Shown piece by piece: positions 27,431-41,159 of a stretch of DNA of 64,000 nucleotides. Source of the DNA: Macrostomum lignano (Eukaryota); NCBI GenBank assembly GCA_002269645.1, contig NIVC01000107.1:124001-188000 (forward strand). Direction: 5' to 3'. The position numbers and the translations under genes were made by a program. The notes below the pieces were generated by a model. It saw nothing but the letters and a program-made list of their open reading frames with translations. It did no database searches and was not told the DNA's origin. Every line of letters begins with the position of its first letter. The first letter of the stretch is position 1.

Positions 27431-27964
27431 ATCCAATACCCTTGTACCAAAAGAATAAATAAGATTATACAGAATTATTCTGTCGCCAAATTGCATGGTC
27501 AGCACCCGTATTGTCGATGTGTCTGTGAAAGAAACTACACTTGCATCGTCTTTGCTAAGATAGCTGGTATAATCTAGACTGTAGCTATAATACATGTACA
27601 CTGTATTGGGCCGGATTACACCAATCCAATCAATTAACCAACCAAACCATAGAGCTAGCTATAAAAGGGCATTAAATCAGCGATAATTATTTAATAAAAC
27701 GTAGAGAACCGGACAGCAACATGTGAGAAGCCCTAACTTGCTACTGGTGAGAAAAAGCAATAAAACAAATGAATTACAAAATTTTCACAAAATCTGACCC
27801 ATCAGAAACGTGTACACTGGCAGATTAAGTCAACAACAGTGGTCCAGATCATATTAATGAGGAGACTCGAAGTTATATGGTATGACTTTTTATATGTCTA
27901 ACTTTGCGAAAGTTACTCTATGTAGGGACGAAACTTCAAGTCCGCATCTGCTCAACTCTTCAGA

Positions 27965-28425
<461 letters not shown>

Positions 28426-29008
28426 CATACTACACATATTCGAATACATGCATTTCGCATTGCCAGTTCGCTATTGCATGAACTGAACAATTGCTGTCCA
28501 TTCACACGACGTTTGCAACAGCATACTGTATGAAGGTCATATTCTAGCAATAAATAAAATCGATTAATAAAACTCGTTCCGTTTACAATCAAATCCACCA
28601 GCCGACGCATTCACTCAAATTCGCAGGACCTGCATAGCGGCAGTCACACAAGTTTGCCCAATAGGAGTTGCAGCTGACTAAAGGACTGCAGGTCAGCAGG
28701 CAAAAAGTTAATTTAGCGCATCGTACAATGCACGGCTCAGTAAACAGCGGCAGTCTTTCTATTCCGCACTGCACATCGCGGCAGAGTGTACACTGTGCAC
28801 AGGGGTCATAAATTAAAGCTTCAACCCACAGCCTATCTGTTTGCAAAGGCGGGCGCACAATATACTTGCAGAGCTGAACAGACAGAGCCGTACGCTTTTA
28901 GGGTGGCGTATAAAGCTTTGGGCTGCACAAGCATCTACGAGCCAAATAAGCTCAGCTGCCCTCCGAACACTTTTTTAGCGGAAGCGAAATCGCAGCGCTG
29001 CTTTCACA

Positions 29009-30500
29009 ATGAGCAACGAAGCCACAGCTGAGTCCATCGCGGCCGCCGGACCCGACGTTGTCGTCGACCGCATCGACGCCTTCCTGGACGACCGGAAGCT
29101 GACGCAGGAGCAGGTGGCGGATGTCTATAACCGCTGGTCGAGCACCTACGAGGCCGACCTCGCCCGTGTGCCGCTCGGCTACAACAATCCGAAACAGCTG
29201 GTGGACGCCTTCGCCAAGGTGATGCCGCCGGGGCAGCAGTGCCGCATCCTTGATGTCGCCTGCGGCACCGGCCTGGTTGGCGAGCGACTCCGCCAGCTTG
29301 GCTATCAGCGCGTGGACGGCATCGACGGCAGCGAGCAAATGCTGGAAACGGCCCGCCGGAAGGGCATCTACGATGGCCTGCACTGCGAGCTGATCGGTGA
29401 CCAGCCGGTCAAGTGCGTCCCGCCGAGAACCTACGACGCCCTGCTGACCACCGGCTCGTTCTGTCCGAACCATCTCGCGCCCTCCTGTCTGCGACACCTG
29501 GCCGCGCTGGTCAAGCCAGGTGAGATTTTTGAGACAGGAAGATTAGTCTGGACAGAGTTCGTTAGATTTTATGACCTGATCGAGTAAGCCTTAGATAAGT
29601 GCCGTTCACACATGCGCATGTTATAAATTTACTTTTGAACTGTCAAACTGGGGAACTGTTTAATCATAAGTTATAAACCGGACAGGCCCTAGGGTGAAAA
29701 ATTGATTGCGAATCAAGACTCGTTCAAACCACCACGATCAAATAAGGTTGAATTTCACTCCCGTAAACGTTCATTCACCGCGTAATTAGATCGTGGCTCA
29801 TTTGCTGGCCGTGTGTTGCTGGAATAGAAATTCAACCGGGTAAATTCGTAGAATTTGAGAAGCGGATTCAGTAAAGGCGACCCCGCCAGCCAATCAGCGC
29901 CGAGTCATGCATACACCCCATACCCACCAGCCAATCAGCGTGGAAGCATGCACCCACCCTATACCCACCAGCCAATCAGCGCGGAAGCATGCACCCACCC
30001 CATACCCACCAGCCAATCAGCGCGGAAGCATGCACCCACCTCATACCCACCAGCCAATCAGCGCGGAAACATGCACCCACCCCATACCCACCAGCCAATC
30101 AGTGCGGAAGCATGCACCCACCTCATACCCACCAGCCAATCAGCGCGGAAACGTGCACCCCATACCCACCAGCCAATCAGCGCGGAAGCATGCACCCACC
30201 CCATACCCACCAGCCAATCATAAAATACGCTCGTAAGCCCAGCTGTAAACGTGTCATACAAGCACTAGCGAAGTACCAGATGTACTTTATAAAGTATAGC
30301 TGCATCTCCACACCACAGGCGGCATTGTGGGCCTGGCCATTCGAAAGGAGTTCCTCAGCACAGACCCCGTGCTGTGCCAGCTGGAGCCCGAGATGGACAA
30401 GCTACAAGCCGAGGGAGTCTGGCAGCCGGTTTTGCGCGAAGAGCGCGAGTGTTACTATGGCGACCAGGCCGGGATGTTCTATTTGCTCCGGGTGAACTAA
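29009..30500 (+). CDS. Class I SAM-dependent methyltransferase, METTL27/WBSCR27-like; exons 29009-29519 and 30319-30500 (230 aa)
   Basis: Motifs YNRWSSTYEADL, ILDVACGTGLVG (motif I), VDGIDGSEQML and LVKPG|GIVGLAIR. The phase-1 GT-AG intron gives an intact 693-nt frame. Confidence 0.85.
29880..30220. repeat. ~40-bp minisatellite in the methyltransferase intron
   Basis: cccatacccaccagccaatcagcgcggaagcatgcacccac units. Confidence 0.9.
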
Positions 30501-31499
30501 CAAAAAAAAGAAGACCTTTTATAATGATTTTAAACTGCTACTGCAAAACGGCACCAGGCTGAAATAAATTGTTTGACATTAACCGTTACATTGAAATTTG
30601 TAACTACATACATAATTATAGAATGATTATAATCGTTATGGTACGCAAATTATGCGAATAGTAGTAAGATAGGCTGATGTTAGATTTTTTGTGGAAATTT
30701 CGCGGCAGAGCATCATCATGTACAGTGTACGCTTCTGAACTGTCTAAATGACACTTTCGAACTGATCGAATTATCCTCACTGTTGTGCTTTACACAGCTG
30801 GCTAATAAATTCGCATAACGACTTAAAAATGGTTATCTCACTGATCTACCTTCTGAAACAGAAACTATATAATTGATAATTTAAAAATTCCACTAGCGTT
30901 TTGCAAATAACATACTTGGGCAATCTTTTACTTAGCTGCATTTAATTATTTTTCACTTTTCTTTCTCATTTCAGCCAACTTACTGATGGCTGGAAGACCC
31001 TCTGCGCCCACTACGATTGTACCCGAGGCCAATCTAAGGCCAGCAGCCGAGCTGGGCAACTTCCTGTACTGGGTGGCTCATTATTACTGACTAATTGACT
31101 TACCTGACACTTAAAGACACTTACCTTTTATCCTCCTACCATCTTTATGTTCTGAAATTAAAAAAGAACCATTAAAAAAATTTAACGCAGTAAAGTAAAA
31201 GATTGCCCATACTTGATATGGTAAATATGGTAACTTTATGACTTAGTAAAGTACTTAGTAAAGGACAAAAATACAAGACTATTGAAATTAGTATTCTAAT
31301 GTAGGTCCTTCATTCATTGGTATAAGTGTCGTTTTTTTATGCTTCCATTTGAGGTGGGGGCGGAGAAATGAAAAATTTCTTTTATACTTGGCTTGGTTGT
31401 TTTGAATATTGGCCGGTTTGCTGCGACATCAATGTAGTAGTAGTAGTAGTAAATTTGGCTCAGGCAAGGAGCCTGTTTTGCCAATATTATACGATGTAT

Positions 31500-33989
31500 T
31501 TAGTATTTGTTCACAAGGTTAAATGAGGTGGGCGGTTTTAACTTTGAATTGCCGCCGACGTTGAGTTCGCACGAATTAAATCCGGAAAAATCGCGCAGAC
31601 GAATCTCAACGAAATTTCTCCTGATACTCCGGCTGCCGCGGGGTCCTGAATTCCGGGGGAGGGTAGTTTCGGTCGTAGACGAGCGGTCTTTGTTAGGCTC
31701 GAGCGTTCAGAGCGGATCCTTGGACACCGAAATTAATGTACCTCGAATGCTCGACTGATTACTATCAGTAGGAGTAGCGCTGCCACCACCGTAATTTACG
31801 TAGTATTACGGAACGTTGAAGTCTCAGTGCTTTCTTTGAGTTGAGAACTTGGTTATTTTACGCCCCACGGGCAAATGACTTAAGATAGACTACGGCTTTT
31901 AAATAGTATTAAACAAAGAACGAATTAACGTTAGTTTATTGGACCAACCGCTGAATGTTAGGAAAAATACGCTGGAGTCGACTCGACGACAGAAATGGTT
32001 CCGGGGGAGCCGCGGTGCGGGGCTCTAAACTAAATAAGCTTGAGTTACTAGTCCTTAGTGACTAGGTTTTGGCTAACTGAGCACGAATAAGCAAGTACTA
32101 AAATTAAGTGTTATTAGAACAAGAGGGAAAGCGGGAGAGCGAGAGCGCGAGGGGAGGGGTGGGAGAAGGAGCTGGAGACGGGCAAAAGAAAGAGGCCAAG
32201 TTAAATACCTAAAAAGGAGCAGAAGGTGGGCAAAGTGGTCAAGAGAATGGGGACAGGGCGTGGACACCAAGGTCCAGAGCTTGGCGAGCAAAATTTCCGC
32301 AGAAAATGCACGGGAAAACAAACAAAACAGAAAAAGGGCATGTAAAACCAGAAAATGGCCGGTCAGTTACGCCAGAAAGAGGGGCTAAAACACGTCATAG
32401 ATTGCGCCAGGGGGTGGACAGATAGGGCCATAAACGGGGCGGCGGCAAAATGGAAAGTCCGTAAAATGTTATTAGGAAATTTTTAAAATAATAATTTGTT
32501 AGTGGGAGTCCGCACTACCACACATTTGAGTTGGCTTAGTTTCTAGGAAAGTATTTTTTTCTTTTTGTGATGGGTTTCGACCTTTCGGCCCCCTGTGGGG
32601 AAGCCTTCGGGCCTCAGGTCTCAGAAATAAATCAATTAGAGTCCTAACCCCCACTCCTGTCAGATGGTCAGCCCCATGGTAGCTTGATCGTGTGGCGAGC
32701 AGTCTAGGTCCTATAGCTAAGAGAGGGACAGCGAGAGACAAGCAGGGAGAATTTTGAAGGTAGAAATTAGCTAATCCGCAGACTAAGCGCTGCCACCAGC
32801 CCGTGCGTCCTGGCTCACCACACCGGGACTCTCAAAATCGGGCTTCCGACTAGAAGGGGCTTTGCACTTACCTGCCAACTAGTGTCTTTTTGCTGTCAAT
32901 CTCGAAGTCATAGCCGATGTTAAGGGACACTGCTGGGACTAGATCGCATTGGCCATGCAGGTACAGAGGGGACTTGTGCAGGGGATTCTTGCAGTGGCAA
33001 GACTATGGGGTAGCCACATGTACTATTACATTGCTAAATACGAAGAATTGTACTTTTGGCCTTCAACGCGCCACCAGCCTCTCCTAGCGCTGATGATAGG
33101 CTAACTCGAACATCAGAGACCGCATGATTCATTACCCGAGCCGCTTGGCGAACCTAGAGTGCACAGAGTACATCTCTGGAGCCGATTCTGCACTACTGGC
33201 TGTTTTGCTAACTGATTTGATAGATTGATCGACTGAGAACTGCCTTGCCATTGGTCTACTAGCTTAGCTACTCATCTGAGCCATCGGCGAACAAATAAAT
33301 AAAACCGATAAAAATAACTGTCAGATTTAACCTTCTCCTCAGATCACTTCACACTTCAGATTGAATTGGAGTTTTAGACTACTAGCAGTATTATTGAATG
33401 ACTTCTGCCTCAGCAACAGCACTACTGAACAAAAAGAGCAAAAGTGTGCGCCTAATCCAGCTACTGAAACAGGGGACAGATAAGGAATCACCCAATCAAG
33501 CAAGTCTAGGCAGCCTCTCACCCAAACAATCAGAAACTCAACAGCCGGAGACCAGGTAATCCACAGTGACCGAATCGGCTTAGTGCTTCGCAGCTGTAGA
33601 CCCGGGATGGTGCTGATGTCACGGTCTTTGCAGATAGCTAGCAGTTGATGATCTTAACTTTGATGTTCGCTGCTGATGACCGGGGGACTCGTCCTTGATG
33701 ATGATGGGGGAGGTCGCAATCCGGGGATCAAGAAACGACGGTCGGGCTCCGGGACGTCTCAATCTAAGCTAAGGTCCCTGGAGGAGTTGGTCCGAGCGGG
33801 CCAAAAACACCGGTTTAAATAGCTGCCAACTGGACCGCAGTTTGTTATAATGGAACACGTCGATTCTGATTGGCTGAGCTGTTTTGTTAAAATGAGCGTC
33901 GAATTTTCTGATTGGCTAAGCTGGTTGCTACCCAGAATAACGTGACCGGGAGATCCTATCAGTTCCCTCGGGGTCGTAAAAACATGACA
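31500..33989 (-). mobile_element. Two truncated LTR-retroelement 5' ends (LTR-like segment, PBS, short leader)
   Basis: The minus strand carries tggtggcagcg (tRNA-Leu-type PBS) at ~32788-32798 and ~31779-31789. A TGTCATG start at 33989 is followed by CCAAT boxes and a TATA-like tatttaaa. No coding domains are visible and the LTR 3' ends are not canonical CA. Confidence 0.35.
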
Positions 33990-36229
33990 GGTGCGGCCAT
34001 AAATCAATCAAAATCGCAACAAAATGATTTATGACTTTTCGCGTAGAATTGACAAAAATTAATGAAAAAATATACATTAGAAAGCTCTTATTAAATAGAA
34101 AGTGAAGATAATGAAGAGAAATCGCTAATCGCTAATCCCAAAGTACTTTTAGGGGTAAAACGCATAGCTGTCAAAGCTTTCACACGCTTGAGTGAACACG
34201 AACAATAGGCTCTGACCTCATAAATCTTGATGGCCTGTCAAAATGATGAGAAAAAAGCTACCGCCCGCATCCTCTCAGACCATTTGGCGCCCGCCTCAAC
34301 ACTGAGTGAGGCGCAGGTGGCTGTCAGACCCGCTCCGAAAGCGATGATTTATGACCCAAAAAGCTGCGCCTAGGTTATTATGACTACTAGTATGACCAGA
34401 CATTATATCTAGTATAGATTCTATGACAATTCGCAGAAACAGGATAAAAGTTAGTAGGCAAGTAAGTTTAGAGCCCATGTGCTAGCGCGGGATTTGGAAA
34501 AGTGCATCCTCATCATTTGTGTTAAAACTGTATGAGTTGAGAGGAACTCTGTAATTTATTTAAGTTTGTCTAAATAATCACAGCTATATTTAAAAAATAT
34601 TTCTATATGACAATTTAAAAGGTAATTTTGTTATTATATTTTACTGATTTAGCAACAATACATACAATAGCTAGACTGCGTCTTGCACGAAGAGACAGCG
34701 GCCGTGTCAATAAAAGCTGCACAGCGCCCAGCAGCCGTGTCGTTAATATTGAATGGCCGAATGGGTTCACACTTGAAGACACAGAGGGTGCCGTGTCCCT
34801 ACTAATTGGTAGGGTAAGAGGGTGCCGTGACACTGCAGGTGGTCTCTCTATTGCCCAAATTAAAAGCAACAGTACCATGTGTGCGTTTACATTAGGGCCT
34901 AAAGACACGGCGGGACATGCCTATAAGCTCCAATATTATAGACACGGCCGCCGTGTCTACTAATAAGTACTCCGTTTTAGCAGAGTCCTTATTTTGCACG
35001 GAAATTCAAATTGCTTGTCAGGCAATTTCGTTTCACTTGAATATATATATACGCTCTCATTCGAGTCATTACTTGCTCCATGGAACGGTACTGTACATAC
35101 ACTGTTACATAGGTGATCAATGGAAATTGACAATCGATCAGATAGGAACGGAAGCTAGCTATAACCAATCCGAGTATCAGCAAAGTTAGATTTTGTTTCA
35201 CACCTTATATTTTGAGTCTGTGCGGAGTGCTCTACTGACAGTAGATCTGGAAAGTGTCGTACGTGGAAATAATTCACTTAAATTAGACTGTTTACCCTTC
35301 GATTTTACTTTTAGATTGTGACTTCTCTTTCCTGTGTGATTCATGATAGGCAATGATTTCTGGCTTCGTGTTAAAATCAGCGTTTCGAACGCCCGTCAGT
35401 AACTAACCACGGACTGGCACTGATCAATGGTGTCACATACATCAGTGCATGCATTTATAAAAGCTATAATTTCTCAACGGTAATTATATTTAAAATCAGT
35501 AAAAACAAAAGCTTAAAAGTTATAAAAAGTTATAAGGCTTTTGGCTTTTTTCTTTGTAGATCAATAAGATTTTCCGATTAAGATTTCAACTTCAACGTTC
35601 AAGCAAATTCAAATGCCCTCGTGTGACCCTACGAAGGGCCGTTTTACATAGTGAAATTAGAATTAAGCCCAAGATGCTCTCCGAGTTAATTAGTTGTAGT
35701 CTTTATTATATTTTGTCCGCCAAAATTATAACTATTTCATTAAATATAATTGTTAAGGAACACTAAATAGCTTTTTATTAGAGACTACTAACATTTATAA
35801 ATCCACATTTGTCTTTGTGGACCTTAAAGGGCCGTTTTACTCAAAGACAATTTTTTTACGTGCAACTAAAGTTAATTTGCATTAATCGATATGGCACAGC
35901 CTAGACAGGGAGTTTTTAAAACTGACTCGAAAAATTTGCATGTCGGAATTCTCTAAAAAACAGTAGGAAAATTGTTTTCCAATTTCCAATTTATCATTTT
36001 TGTCATTTTCAGCTGGCCGCAGAGAATTTACCTCTTGTCTATTCTGCCTTTTGAATTTCCCCATATTCTGAAATAGAGATTTTCGAAATTCAAAAGATTA
36101 AAACATTATGCCCAATAATTTTGTATATTGTACTAACTGTAACTGTAACTAACCACTCCTAAAATTTTGCCAACATGAACAACTGAAGAATAAAATTCTT
36201 TTAAGATCGATATTTTGGTGTATTAGCGT

Positions 36230-36278
36230 CAGCCAATGAGGAACGAGCAGCCTTGGTAGATCTTGGGGCTTATAAAGA
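36230..36278 (+). promoter_or_regulatory. Histone H4 promoter elements (CCAAT and TATA)
   Basis: gccaatga near 36231 and tataaa at 36271-36276, about 90 nt upstream of the ATG. Confidence 0.55.
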
Positions 36279-36355
36279 TAAAGTGAACAGAAACACCCTT
36301 TTCTATCATATCATATCGGTTATTATTAAACTCAGTTTCTTCAAAGCGAATCTAG

Positions 36356-36676
<321 letters not shown>

Positions 36677-36780
36677 GCGCATTTCAACTCCGTGCCCTGT
36701 ACTGTGTACAGGCGGGCTAGGCTAGGCAAAATGATGCCTAAGCTCTGCTCGTAATTTATTTCCATCACTACTGAACGTTA

Positions 36781-36804
36781 AAACGGCCCTTTTCAGGGCC
36801 ACCA
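36781..36804 (+). terminator. Histone 3'-end stem-loop
   Basis: aaac-GGCCCT-TTTC-AGGGCC-acca, the canonical SLBP-binding hairpin, ~110 nt after the stop. Confidence 0.95.
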
Positions 36805-37014
36805 AATCTGTTTGATGCTTGCCAATCGTCGCTTGTTTGCGCAAAGTTAGTGCTAATATTAATAACTTGTATTAATAATTTATAAACCCCGCCCAATTAG
36901 GCTTCTATGAATGATTCTGCTTCGATCAATATCGAAAACGAGGCCTCTGATGGGTCTCTGTTTCACGGAGAGGATTTCGATGGATCTTCAGTCAGGATCA
37001 TGGAGATAAAAGTA

Positions 37015-37260
37015 AAGAGCAGAGAGGAGAGATTATAGAAAAGAGAGATGTGAGAGGAAAGATTACAGATTAGAGAGAATTAAGTAGAGTGAGGAATGAA
37101 GAGAGGAAAGGGGAGGTATAAGAGCAGAGAGTAAACGAGGGAGAAGAGACCAGAGATAAGTAAGGGAGTAAAGATAAGAGTGAGATGAAAGATCAGAGTT
37201 AAGAGGAGAAAGTAGTGAGGGGAAAGAGAAGTAAGGGAGGAGCGCAGAGATGAGAGACAA
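37015..37260. repeat. GA-rich low-complexity tract
   Basis: Irregular purine-rich gagag/agaga sequence. Confidence 0.7.
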
Positions 37261-37722
37261 AAGACCGGAGAATCAGTCTGGACAACGGCAGTCAGTTTTG
37301 CAAACAGGGAAAACAAGAGATGGCATTTGAAAGGCTTTGAAGAGGATTTGGAGACGATTTGGAAGATGGGATTCAAGATATGGAATTTCAGCTGATGTAT
37401 TTCAGAGAATGCAATTCTGGCGATGGGAGTTGTTCCCCTTTCTTCTCCGAAGGAGAATTCCAGGAGTACGACGTTTGCTTGCGGGAAGTTTGCTTGCCGA
37501 ATGTTGCTTGCCGAAGTTTGAGATTGAGATCTCATAGATGAAATAAAAAGCTACTCAATCAAACTAAGAATGATGCATGCACTGCAGAGACTACTGACAA
37601 AATTGAGTTCAGTAGTTGAGTTTCGCCCTTGTTGCAAAATTATTGCAAAATATGATTGAATTCACCCCAAAATTTTGTATTTATTTACTGCCGATGTCAC
37701 TCGTTTCTTTCGCTCAAAGATA

Positions 37723-37760
37723 AACCTGAAGATGCACAGTATCGTGCGAAACGCGTTGTT
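37723..37760 (+). ncRNA. Minimal type I hammerhead ribozyme motif
   Basis: AAC-CUGAAGA-U-GCAC(aguauc)GUGC-GAAA-CGCGUU-GUU. Stem II is GCAC/GUGC, stem III is the palindrome ACGCGU, the triplet is GUU and stem I is AAC/GUU. This is the layout typical of Penelope-associated hammerheads. Confidence 0.7.
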
Positions 37761-38289
37761 CAATTAAATTAATTTAATGTTGATTTTTGCCAATTCCTAT
37801 TTATTGTAAAATTTTCACATTAGCTTCAGGGCCACCTGCATAGTGGTTAATGAGTGGCCCATCTTGTATAGAATTTTTGGTTATACATGTATAGTGGGTC
37901 AAAGACTTTCGATCATAGAACCTGAATTCGGCGGGTATTAAAAAAATTGTTTAACCTCTTGATGAAACATTATGCGGAGTACATGTAGAACTAATTAAGC
38001 AGATCGCATGGAGTGCAGGGGTGTTGAGGCGAAGTCATCAATACAAAATTCACCATAAGGAAATTTTCAATAAGAAAGTCATGGACATTTGTAGAAAACT
38101 GCACTCTGGCTCTCCCAGTATCCCCCACTTGCCCCGGGCGAACGTCTATGGTCTCAGTGCAAATTTCATTTTCTTTTATTATTAACACAACCGGCTTAAA
38201 AACAAAGAGAATAATCTTTTTATCACCCCGCAAGAAAATACGAGCCAATATATTTCAAAGCTGTTACACGTATTGCTGTAGCCTCAGTA

Positions 38290-38438
38290 GGAGTTGTAGC
38301 CTAGTGGTAAGAGCCTCGCGGACTCACGACTGAAAGGTCCGGGGTTCGATTCTTGACCCACTCGGAACAATTCGTGTCCTTCAGCAAGACACTTAACTCT
38401 GCATTGTTTTGGTTCACCCAGCTGTAAAATATGGGTGC
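38290..38438 (+). mobile_element. tRNA-derived SINE with a CORE-like central domain, 3'-truncated
   Basis: A box tagcctagtgg (38297-38307) and B box ggttcgattc (38343-38352), then gtgtccttcagcaagacacttaactc...cacccagctgtaaaatatggg, similar to CORE/Meta-type SINE domains. Confidence 0.75.
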
Positions 38439-39630
38439 CAACAACAACTACAAACAACAAAGTACGCTGTCAGGTGGAAAAAAGCAGCGTCACAGCGCAC
38501 GCTTCAGAGCCTGGGCGCGAACAAAGGCCGCACCGCCGGCAGAGTCCGGGGCGCCGGCGTCGGCCAGCAGGCAGTCGACGAAACGCCGAGTTCGGGCCTG
38601 GCCGCGCCGGTAGGGTGCCTGCAACGTTAGCAGCAGCACCTCCTGCACCGGCTGCGGGCAGTCGGACTCGGCGCGGATGATGTGGCCTGCCAGCTGGAGT
38701 CGCCGAAGTCGCAGCAGTTCACTTGGACGGGCCAGGCCGGCGCGGCGATAGAGTGCCGCTTTAGTGATCCGCTCGTCGCTGATCTTAAAGAGCGCGCAGC
38801 AGGCCAGCGTGCGCCGCGTTGACTTGCTGTTCGAGCGAATCCGTCAGCGTCCAGGTCTCGGCGTTGTACAACAGGACGGTCTCGACCACCACCTGGAACA
38901 GCGCCGCCCTCTGGCGGTCAGGTAGGGCCTCGGACTGCAGGACCGCCCTCACAGAGCGAAAGGCAGCCCAAGCGAGCCCGCGGCGACGCAGCAGATCTTC
39001 GCGGACGTCAGGCACCAGACCGCCGAGGTAGACGAACTGCTGACATCGCGGGAGTTTGGTTGCCTGACCGTCAGCGCCTCGGCAGAAAATTGCGGCCTCG
39101 ATGTCGCCCGGCACGCAGAGCACAACGGTCTTCTTCGTGTTGACCACCAGGCCGACGCTCGCTGCAGCGCTAACCAGCTTGTCCAGCTGGCGCTGGGCAC
39201 CCTCTACGGTCGAGGACAGCAGGGCGAGGTCATCGGCGTAGCCAAGCACGCTGAGCGCCGTTTCTCCGGTTGACGTCGACCCACGCGTCGCCGCAGTAGG
39301 AAGCCGTCTTCGTCGGCAGGAAGAGCAGTTCGTAGCACCCAGTCAAGCACCAGGACGAACAGGAACGGCGCTAGAGTGTCCCCCTGGAGCACCCCAGGGG
39401 ATGTCTCGAAGGAGTCCGACAGGCCGTCCGGCGTCATCACAGCTGCTCTCGTAGCACAGTACAACGCCATTATGGCGGAGATCAGCTGCTCTGGTACATG
39501 ATACGCACGGAGCACATGTGGGAGCGCAGCCCTCGCAACCGAGTCGAATGCCTTCATGAAGTCAATGAAGACAACAATCAGGTCCTCCTCGATGATTCGG
39601 CGAAGAGCTAGGATCTGCGCCACCATTAGC
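38439..39630 (-). mobile_element. 5'-truncated RTE-type LINE (RT C-terminal half) with a (GTT)n-like tail
   Basis: Motifs FIDFMKAFDSV, GVLQGDTLAPFLF, GYADD, FVYLG and VETVLLYNAETWTLT; stop at 38490-38492; tail at 38439-38460; frameshifts near 39245 and 38790. Confidence 0.85.
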
Positions 39631-41159
39631 TGGGGGTAATTGAGGAGGTGTGTGATGACCCCCCAGTCCTTGCTCGGCTATTTTGCTCGGCGGACAGAAA
39701 AGTTTATGGCCATAGACATTCAAGCCATCAGCATACTGTACAGCAGAAACTGTTAATTACCATAGACTATGAGCTCACTCTTATTCGCGATGAGAACGGA
39801 TACTTACATGTAGAACATTAGGCCAAGAAGTGTCCCAGAGTAATTCACTTGCGTCGCTGCAGGTAACACAGTTAAAATAGGAAAGAAGTGATTCTAAATG
39901 ACTAAAACGACAAGATGTCACAGTAAGTGGTCAAGAGTCGCTTTAAGAGTCAATTTGAGACGTTTTATTGTCAGCGACTCTGGGTAGCATCTATAATATC
40001 GCTATAAAATCACTGAGTTGCGTCTAAAGCGCATCTGCGTCACTTTTGTGAATTAATTGCTCGAATTTCAAATAGCTCTGTTTAGTCTACTTGAGTCAGT
40101 AGAAAGTAAAGCGCGGACACGACAACTCTTGGGTCTTTTCGAGATTCTCAAACGATTTTACAACTTACTTGACGCGCTCGTGACTCAACAGTCGCCTCAC
40201 CGTCGCAGTACAGTCGTTTGAGTTGTTAAAAAATCACAAGAGTCGCCCAAAGAGTCGCTAGAGTCACTAACGAGCTGTTTGCAATGCTCCTGTGGCTGTC
40301 AATGCAACGTTTTCATTGGGCAGTGTGCCAGGCAAAATGTCTATGGTACAATGGGTGGCTGTCAATACCCAAACTTGAATTCTATGAAAGGAATTTCTCC
40401 GGTTTCTGCTATTTATGATTTTATAAATCAAATGGAAATAAAAAAATCCAAGACAGAAACGAAATCAAGACAAACATTTTTGTCTCCAAAAAGGGCTGGT
40501 AAAGACAGACCTGCCATGCCAGCTGAAATCTCGGGTGCATCCTTGCGATTTGCAATTTTATTTAGCAGCCAAATCAGTCACTCGGCTCGCACTGGCGCCA
40601 AAGAAAGAAGACAAGCAGAGAAAAAAGCGGAAGAGATCGGGGAAGGGGGAGGCTGGATGGCGCGGTTGGTTTTTGATGAAGCAAAGCGCTCAGAAGAGAA
40701 TTGAAACTATAATAATAGCCAGCCGCGCCACCCAGGTATTTTCCAAAAGAGAAGAAGTCACCAAAGAATCCATTAAAGCTGTGATAGCAATAGAACTAGC
40801 AAATACTTGCTTTAAAGTGAAAAGTGAAACGGGGGCGAAGTGCAAAAAAGAATAATAATTTCAATAGTAGTTACCTAGCCATACTACTCGTACAAATTTG
40901 CAGTAGGCAAGTCATGAATATATTGCTGAATATGGGCCCACAATTAAACATCCGTATCAATTCCAAGAAACACTATTGATTTTTATTATCACACTTGCAG
41001 TGAATCAGTTGCTAAGCGGTTAGCCATGGCAATAATTTATTAATTAAATATAATTGCTGACAAGCGGGCGCGTGCCGGTGAGGAGAAGGCAGGGAGAGAT
41101 TAAACAGCAGCAGAGAGGCCTGCCGCACTGGTCAGCCGGGGTCTTCAGCAGGCGCTCCA

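Noticed and set aside
33108-33140. CUGAUGA...GAAC hammerhead-like motif
   Set aside because: The core is GAAC rather than GAAA and the stems do not form.
38290-38365. tRNA gene
   Set aside because: It has A and B boxes but no clean cloverleaf and continues into a SINE core domain.
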